In this document: piece after piece, positions 55,455-64,000 of the stretch
Numbering within the stretch: position 1 is the stretch's first letter
Layout: every line of letters starts with the position of its first letter
Assembly (NCBI GenBank): GCA_951406725.2
Contig: OX597822.1
Location: 66,774,001-66,838,000 of the forward strand
DNA length: 64,000 nt
Origin: Octopus vulgaris
Taxonomy: Eukaryota
Direction: 5' to 3'
Made by a program: the position numbers and the translations under genes
Notes under the pieces: model-generated
Seen by the model: the letters and a program-made list of their open reading frames with translations, nothing else
The model's database searches: none
What the model was told of the DNA's origin: nothing

Positions 55455-56056
55455 GTTGTGTCTGGGGAGAGTTACTCTGTTTGAGTGTCTTATTATTCAA
55501 CACACTCACCGGTAAAATTTCCACTTCTTTCTTTTTTTTCTGAAATTTTCGTTGCGTCTTACATTTTCACATTGATGACTTTTGGCCCCCTCCAATAGAC
55601 ATACTATGATTTGTTATAAAAACGTTATCAGATTCAATAAGATGTTTCATTGTTTCAGATCTCATGTTTATTAAATTTTCATTTCTTCTTCTTTTCTTTG
55701 GGGTTAAGCAATCCTTTTAGTTGTGAGTGATGACAAAAATACCGATATTTCTCGTAAAACAGGGGAGATAACACAATTTTTTAATGAGGATGATATAACC
55801 TAAAACTACCCGAAGCTCATTAATGATTGGTTATTACTTTTAGACACACGCAATGCATGGTGGTATTTATATTTGGTAGAGTCCCAAATAAATTTTGATG
55901 CAACGATGCAAGCTAAAGAGAACTATCATTCTTGCTGCATGGTACTGTCTTTGCTGGGCTGTGTATTCCACCAAGCAGTTTACGAAAAATCGATAATTAA
56001 GTTTGTTTCTTACATTCTAATATCCCGATTATCTCTTAGTTATTGGAAATATTAGG

Positions 56057-56379
56057 GAAAAAGACCCACTTCGGTCAATGAATGACCATGGGATTGCACC
56101 TAAAAAGTTACCCTTCGAGGCACGTAATTGTTTCTGGAAGACCAGCAGTCACCCATGCATACCACCTTCCCTTCTCCGCGCCTCTGATATTATCCCAAGA
56201 GTAAGGCAGAGATCGATACAACTTGGCACCAGTGACGTCACAACTCATTTCGGCATCTGATTGAGCTGGAGCAACGTGAAATAAAATATCTTGTTCAAGA
56301 AAACAACACACAGCCCGGTCTGGGAAACGAACTCACTACCTCATGTTTGTGAACTCTAACCATTGAACAGTGCGCCTTC
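56057..56379 (-). mobile_element. CORE-type SINE family C
   Basis: Homologous to 25703-26047. Confidence 0.85.
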
Positions 56380-56420
56380 GTTATACAACATACAGATAAT
56401 CACATATCATCTGCCCTTAA

Positions 56421-56770
56421 GTGAAGGCGCATGGCTCAGTTGTTAGAGCGTTGGGCTCACAATCATAAGGTACTGAGTTCGATTCCTGGACCAGGCTGTG
56501 TTGTGTTCTTAAACAAGACACTTTATTTTCACGTTACTCCAGTTCGCTCATCTCTAGAAATGAGTTGCAACGTCACTGGTGTGAAGCTGTGTCAACCTCT
56601 GTCTTTCCCTTGGATAGTATCGGTGGCACAGAGAGGGAAGTCTGGTATGCATGTGCGACTGCTGGTCTTCCATAAACAACCTTGCCCAGACTTGTGCCTC
56701 GGAGAAGAACTTTCTAGGTGCAATCCTATGGTTATTCATGACCGAAAGGTTTCTTCATCTTTTACCTTTA
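56421..56770 (+). mobile_element. CORE-type SINE family C
   Basis: gtgaaggcgcatggctcagt head, CORE-like block, tail catgaccgaaagg. Confidence 0.88.
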
Positions 56771-58806
56771 TTAGTTATAGCAAAATTTTTTCCCATGTCC
56801 AATCCATTCGATCATATGCCAGTAATTCATATCAAACCTCCTGTAGTTTTTAAAGTGCCGTCACTTGACCAAAATACATGTAGATTCTACTCAAGTACCC
56901 AAATGAAGATTTAATTCACTGAGGTTGAAAATCGCCACAGAAGTAATATCGTTTTGTTGGACACCAAACATATTTTGAAGTTTCAGCTAACTAGCATATT
57001 ATCAGATCTCTTCAAAGATGATTTAGATATTGCTTTCGAAATGGCAGAAAATCTCTTGATTCTTCCATACATACGTATCTATGAATGTATGTATACTAAG
57101 ACAGAGAGAGAAGAGAAAGAGAGCGAAGAGAAAGAGAGAGAGACAGAGACAGAGAGAGGGAAAGAAATTATGATCAATGTAAATGTACTAAAAATCGTTT
57201 CCCCTAGGAACTGAAACCACATCTTGGACACGCGTGCTCAGGAAATCACACCTTTGCAACAGTCATTATTATTCATTATTATCGATTATTTGCTCTGCAA
57301 GCATTTTCACATTGTCTAAATAATAAATGTGCTTACCTCTGGGAGTTTTAAAGTCCAGTAACCGACCTGTTATCCAAATCAATTGTAAATGGATATCAGC
57401 AACATAATGATACCTGTCAGTATATAACGATATCGTTCATAATAGCTAAAACATCGTATATCATCTGACCTTATTTTTGATTTACACTTCCGCCGCTTAT
57501 TAGATTTACATCCCCTTCGCCAATATGCCTATATAAATGGCTAAAGGAGAAGTAGCTATGCTTTAGAAAGTATAATAGTAGTTTCGTAGGGTTTTAACAT
57601 AACATAGTGGAGGGCGCATAATGTTTCCAACAATTTAATTCAACAGAAGGCCTGTTGTTTCCTGTGCTAGGAGACACAGAACATTCTATACCGGTTCAAA
57701 CAATATAGAAAAATGAATAAATTTTCTCTGCAAATGTCTTCCAACCTAATCCCCGTCGACAGAATTATCAAATACCATTTTCGTTACGAAAGAGGAAGGA
57801 AGTTCATATTGTCCATTCGTGTCTTAGATATATTTTCCTTATCTATTAACATAATATATATTTTAATACCTATTTAACAACGCAGTGACATCATCAGTTT
57901 CTTTAGATAGAGGTGGGAAAAGTAAGAATACAGTTGCTTAATGCGAGTGTTAGGTCAAGAATTCATTGAAAGTTTCCGCAAGTTAAAAAAGGAGGGGTTC
58001 CAATGAAGTAGATATTCATCCACCCACCCCGGTAGATCCCTTAGTTGAATTAGGAATCGCTTAAGTTTTAAAAAAGAAATACAGAAATGAAAATAACATT
58101 CCACTCATATTAACCAACGGTATGTCTACTTGTGCCCTAACTTATTCCTTCGTCTTGGAGCGTGGTGACGTGCTGCGAATGATCTTAAACAATAATGTTA
58201 TCATTCCATTTACGTCGGTCATATATTTGCTTACCACCTACTTCTGATAGAATTATAAAAATACCATTATGATATAATACACTTTTATCATTTTAAGTTT
58301 AGGGAAGTGCATCTCTCTACAAGTGTGTATATAGCCTAATTTTCTTTTTCTCAGAAAAGAAAGATGGGGGTGAAAAAAGTAAAGATAACTATTGTGCTGA
58401 TTATTGATCCCGAAAGGATGAAAATCAAAGATGAATACAGCGGGATGTAAAATCAACATGCGAAGAGCTGGGGCAAATTGTGCAAGACAGTTTCTTCAAC
58501 ATTCTGACGCCTCCTTTAATTTTCACATGGCGTAAATATAGCTGCTACGATGTTTAAAAACCGCTGTAAAACAAGGAATTACTTGAAGTGTACACTTCTA
58601 AAAATCATAGGATAGCAACATTTTAAAGGACAATGTATCTATTATAGGTGTAAGAAAAATAAATTGGTATGTATTTTATTACACTTGGGGGAGTGAAAAT
58701 GCTAAGGCAACTTTTGTGAAATTTGAATTATAAGCATAAAAGAATTAAGAACTAAAAAATAATGTAAATAAACATAACAATAGATGTTGACTTATAATCC
58801 TCTTGA

Positions 58807-59115
58807 GTGGAGGCGCAATGGCCTAGTGGTTAGGACAGCGGACTCGCGGTCGGAGGATTGCAGTTTCGATTCCCAGACCGGGCGTTGCGTGTGTTTATTG
58901 AGCGAAAACACTTAAAAGTTCCACAATGCTCCGACAGTGGGTGGTTGTGACCCCTGTTGTACTCTTTCGCTCACACTCTCTCTTCTTGTTTCTTGAGTAA
59001 CGCTACGAAGGACTGGCGTCCCATCCAGCTGGGGTAACACGTACCCCACAGAAACCGGGAAACCGTGCCCATGAGCCTGGATAGGCTTGGAAAGGGCGAC
59101 GTTTATCGTTTTTCG
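58807..59115 (+). mobile_element. SINE family B, full length
   Basis: TSD tataatcctctt at 58793-58804 and 59116-59127. Confidence 0.9.
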
Positions 59116-59214
59116 TATAATCCTCTTAGTCTGGAAAACAGCAATTTTGTGGGTGAGAGTTGTCAATTGCATCAACCATGAATTCCAGGGTTTTATAGAC
59201 GCCGAAATGAGGAG

Positions 59215-59547
59215 AGACAAAGTGGGACCAGGCAGCCTTTCAACGTAAAGACAGACAAAATGCCGCTAAGATGCTGGCCGGCGTGCTAACGAATCTGGTT
59301 GCTCACCGCCTTGGAATACAGAATACAGAAATATCGGTTTCATATTTAGGTACAAGGCCATCAGTTTTGAGGGAAGGGCTAAGTCAACAAAATCGATCTC
59401 CAGTGATCGAATGGTACTTATTTTATCGATTCCGAAAATATAAAAACCAAGTCGACCCTGGCGGCATTTGAACCCAGAATGGAAAGACGAACAAAAAGCT
59501 GCAAAGCATTTTGCCCGGCGAACTAACGATTCTGCTAGATCGCCACT
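59215..59547 (-). mobile_element. Two family D SINEs in tandem
   Basis: Two heads (gctcaccgcc; ctagatcgcc), each followed by (g/t)agaataca-like sequence. Confidence 0.75.
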
Positions 59548-59888
59548 TTAGAATACAAAATTATAAACAGAAATTTTCGGTCGGAAATTTATTCATTAGT
59601 TTAACACTTCTAGATAAGTTGTGCCAATACTACATGTACATTTTTTATTCTTGCAGAATTACGCTAGTCATAACGAAAATAAAACCACTTAGAACGAAAT
59701 ACAAAAAAGAAATTACCATTTATCTTCACTTACACGTAATAATTTCTAGTTCCTACTATCCAAATGAATGGGCTAATTTCAATTATTGGAAAATGTCATT
59801 TCGTCTTTAAATTAGAGAAATCACTTTTACTCCAACATGGACCATGAAGAGGAAAACAGAGATTGAGAGAAAAGACGAAGATTTAAAT

Positions 59889-60135
59889 CAGGGTTTCTCA
59901 ACCACTTTTTATCTATGGAGTCCTTTAATTACTATTCTATTCTGATTGACCCCCACAGCTATTCGATGTTGTAAAACTAGTTTTATAGAAACTTCTTTCA
60001 AATTTCCTATTTTGTTTTTCACACATTAATTTGTGTAGATTGAACTATATATAAAATGTTAGAGAAAGAAAGCTATGCTATTTCTTGCAATAGATACCAA
60101 TACATACATGTAAAGCAAAACTTTTTCAGACGCCT
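59889..60135 (+). mobile_element. Non-autonomous hAT-like element, one end only
   Basis: Begins cagggtttctcaacc, like hAT/Charlie TIRs; other end not seen. Confidence 0.4.
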
Positions 60136-60143
60136 TTACTATA

Positions 60144-60930
60144 CTAGGTCAGATCAATAAGTATTCGGACTGATGTCATAGTAACGAAGCTAAAACTCGC
60201 AGAGTGAAGCTGCTTGGCAGAAAAAGATCTTGATGCTGCTATGCATGCGCATTATGTTTTAATATTCTAGCACACTACCGTTGTTTACATCAGTCCTCTG
60301 AAGAAGCGTGTGTAGTATGTGATCGTCTCATTGACCATGACAGAGAAAGTTGTTATGGTGATACCTGCTCAGAGGCCAACGGAATGTTGAAGAAAGTGTA
60401 TGGAGAGGAGTGTTTGAGCCGCACACAAGTGTACGAGTAGCTCAGACGTTTCCAAGATGGACGAAAAAATGTCGATATTGACGAATGTTCTGAGAGACAC
60501 ACAACCAAAAAAACTGAGACAAATATCGATCGCAGATGTGTGTGCAGCTGTGAGGAAAAATCGTCGAATCATCAAGTGCGCAGATTAATTACGGTTCAGT
60601 TCAGTTCATTATCGCTGATGATTTTGATATGAGACGCGTGTCAGCCAAGTTTGTGCCATAACTGCTTTCAGCTAACCAAAAAGATACTTTGAGTTTGAAT
60701 TGCACAAGATCTCCTTGATAGTGTCGAGAATAATGAAATCTTTTGGGAAATTTCCGTAAGCATCTGAGCAGGTATCACGAAGCTTTTGGCAAATTTGATA
60801 CAGATTCTCTGCGCAAGTTTATGATTGATGCGACGATCACACTCTCCACTTCTTCCATCCAAGCACTCCTGTAAACAGCAGAAGTGAGTTAGAACGTTAA
60901 TACTGTGGGGGCTTGCACAGTAGAGTCCGA
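60144..60930 (+). mobile_element. Mariner (irritans-like) 5' half plus an inverted 5' fragment (60756-60930)
   Basis: TIR-like ctaggtcagatcaataagt; KKVYGEECLSRTQVYE*LRRFQDGR...MRRVSAKFVP; inverted piece encodes QRICIKF. Confidence 0.8.
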
Positions 60931-60932
60931 CG

Positions 60933-62800
60933 CAGTGATGCCAACTTAAAATCAGAATTTATGCTAAATTTCAGTAAAAGAAAATACCCTCAAATGATAA
61001 AAAAAAAAAAATGCTAAATATGACAAAAAATGCTAAAGATTAATTATATCAAAAAGCTTAACTTTTATTTACATTTTTATTTAGTTTCTTTAATTACATT
61101 CAGCATTGTTAAATAATTTCTTGAATTTCACTGATTTGATCACTTTCAGCTGCAGTGCCTAGGTCTTGAATTCTGTATACATTCGGGGTCCTAACCTTGT
61201 TAATTATGTGTTTTGGAATATTGAAGTTTTTGCAATATTTACCACATCTTTTCAGGCCATATTTTATAGACAGTATGGATCTAAGTATAGGAAGATGCAT
61301 TTTGTTTTTCAATTTCGATTTCATTACACTCATACTACTGAACAACCGTTCAACTTCTCTATTTGAGTTTGGCAATGTCATTAGATTCAGGGCAAAATTT
61401 GCAACATCTCTTTATATTCCAAGACTTCCAGGCAGAATGTCTCAGTATAAGACGTATTTGTCCATTTAACTAAATTAATGCTATTAAACTGAATTTCAAT
61501 TGAAGCAGTTTTTTCTAAATTTAAATTCATTGCTTCTAAGACAGGTAAAATAGCCTCTTTGAAATGCTGCAAAATATTCTGTAATTAAATAGTATTTCAT
61601 ATTCCTCTGTATATTAATATTTCCTGGCAAATGGTGCTTGAGCTCTTTATAAAGGCAGAGTAAAAGTTGTTGTGCTCTTTTGCGAATATTATTTTCTTCG
61701 GTGGCTGTTACAGTCCTGTTGATAATCATTTCTGCTATCTTTTTCTCGAACATGTCACCTAAATTTGGCTTAGGATCCAGAAACTTTTCAATAGAAGCAT
61801 CCGGATCAAGAGGATCAATTCTACATGTTGGCAACACTATCATATTAGCAACAGATTTGATCAAGTTTGAAAGATCTTGAAGTAATTTTGTTTTGTCGAC
61901 AGTGTTTGATTCAAACGGTTTATTCGCTTCCTCAACATGTTTTAAAATTGGATGCAAAAATAAAGGTAAAGTTCATTCCTAGAATCACAAAACATTTCAT
62001 ATAACGTTTGTAAAACTTTTTTCTTTTGTAGTTGTAGTTTGGAAGAGAGTTCGCAATTCAAACCATTGGCTTACAATTCTATTTACCGCTGTTTCTATTG
62101 CCAGCCACTTAGTTGCACAAGAATTCACGATTTTCAAAGGCTCTTTATCAGTGATAGCAAGGTAAAGTTGTTTGTAGGCACTTTGTCTTGTTGAAGAATG
62201 AAAGTACCATTTATTGGTTTCGGGTACTAAAAATTCTAAATTTATGAGCAAGCAGTCAGCACAAGGTTTCGGATACTGAAAATTCTAAATTTATGGGCAA
62301 GCAGTCAGCCAACTGTAAAGAATGACATACACATATAAATAGAAGTAATGATGGAATTTCTTTTAATTTATGGAAAACACCATTGTTGACTTCTATCATT
62401 ACTCTAACATTGTCGGTTCCTATTGCCAGTAAATTGTTTATATCTAATTCATTTTTCACTAATTCTATTTTTAAGGTTTCTACAATGCCATCTGCATCAC
62501 ACGTTTCTTAAGATACCTTACTGTGATATGTATGTACCACTTTTTTTTTTGAGTGTCACTATAATATATCATAACAATTCCTAACAACTTGTTTATTGAT
62601 ATATCATTGGATTGATCTAATAACAGGCTAAATTTTCTATCTCCCATATCAGAAATCAAATCTCCATCAAAATATGGAGTTAGAACATTTCTCACAATAT
62701 TTGCATTGTGTAAGGAAACCGCAGGACATTCTTTTTTTTTTCCTTTCTTTCTTCCATAAGCCACCTTTATTGCGTAATTAACTGCATCTGCGAAGCACAA
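60933..62800 (-). pseudogene. Fragmented hAT-superfamily transposase with its 3' TIR
   Basis: ORF pieces FSLLLDQSNDIS, IGTDN..VM, CVCHSLQLA (CxxH), CATKWL, LPNSNREVERLFS; TIR-like cagtgatgccaac at 60933; many frameshifts. Confidence 0.85.
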
Positions 62801-64000
62801 AAATAAACAAAACTGAAAATTTGTAATGACAGTCATTAGTAATTTCTTTTATGAAAAGAATACTAATTGTTCTAGTCACATATGTGACCTAATGCAAGTT
62901 TATTTCTGGAATCTGTAACTGAACTTCAACTTAATTTTTATTACGAACAGATATTGTTTTATAACTGTATCTGAATTGTATTTAAGTTTGATTCATAACT
63001 GTATCTAAATCGTATTTATTTTAAGGGTATCGTAATAACCCTAACACTGATAACTATGTTTTTTCGGTCAGTCAGAATATGACACGTAATTTCCCTGCAA
63101 TTTCGATTCGTAACGTTTTAAGAGGAACATTACCCACGTGAACGACGACATGGGCATAGACACACAAGCTCCTTTCCCATGGAAACGCACACCTTAGTCA
63201 ATTGGGTATCAGCTCTTACTATCAACAATTATTTCACTTAATTCCAATTATTTCATTATTGCTAATGACAAAATCAGTTCCCCTGCGTACTGAAAAATCT
63301 CGCCATAATGTGGAAAATATTTCCCATCGATTTCCATGTTAATAAGTTGATAATGAACACGAAAGTCAATGAGAAATGCGTTTCACTTTACGGAATTTCA
63401 CGATACCTGTTACTGTTTAAAAAGATGCGACATTTCTGTGACCCAAAGATGTCTCCATACTTCCCAGAAAAGTACCACAACCTACAAGCTGCAAATTACT
63501 CATACAATACATCATTGATGAACGGTTAGAAAATGTTGGTTGTTGGTATAGTCGATTATTCCGGCCCAGTACTTGCGTAGCATTTGTTGGATTATCCCGA
63601 AAAGACGATGTCCTGTGACAAAAGCAACCACGGTGATATTTGATATTAGAATATATAATGTTATGGTTTATTATCCTAAGCTATTCAATATGCCTGTCTA
63701 CAGTTTCAGTCAATACGACGACCTTTGTAAATATGCGTTTGAAAATTGATGGGGGAAATCTATGGTACATAAACTTTGAGTATTTTCCTACTGTGTATTT
63801 GCTTCTTCAAATAATACGGTGGACATAGTGTATCAATTCGTGAGTTCGGGCACCTAAATTTCATGAAATCGTCAGAACTGCTATTGCAGCTTTTATATAT
63901 TACAAGAGAAGCTATCACCATCTATAATTCCTAAATAAATAAATATTTAGATACAGATTTATTATCTTTATTCCTTTCATAATCTTTTAAACTCTGAATT

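Overview
Eukaryotic, AT-rich, repeat-dominated DNA. The SINE families and the (TA)n/(TG)n/(GATA)n/(ATT)n microsatellites look like those of an octopus (coleoid cephalopod); this rests on recognition only, no database search. I found no intact, recognisable host protein-coding gene, so the window is most likely intronic/intergenic. Almost all ORFs in the supplied track are microsatellite or SINE read-throughs. Contents: about 35 tRNA-derived SINE copies of at least 4 modular families (my working labels A-D, plus chimeras), several with target-site duplications (TSDs); decayed mariner, hAT and piggyBac transposons and MITEs; fragments of Penelope-like, CR1, Dong/R4 and other LINEs. Most notable: (i) a well-formed type I hammerhead ribozyme at 20583-20673; (ii) a ~375-bp foldback at 49028-49403 with two divergent Penelope-type minimal hammerheads; (iii) a colinear long-range duplex in unique sequence (4286-4403 pairing with 4865-4977) around a candidate minus-strand exon, resembling an ADAR editing-complementary structure; (iv) SINE head/core/tail shuffling, a SINE dimer and a telomeric-repeat patch inside a SINE. 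Boundaries of degenerate elements are approximate.
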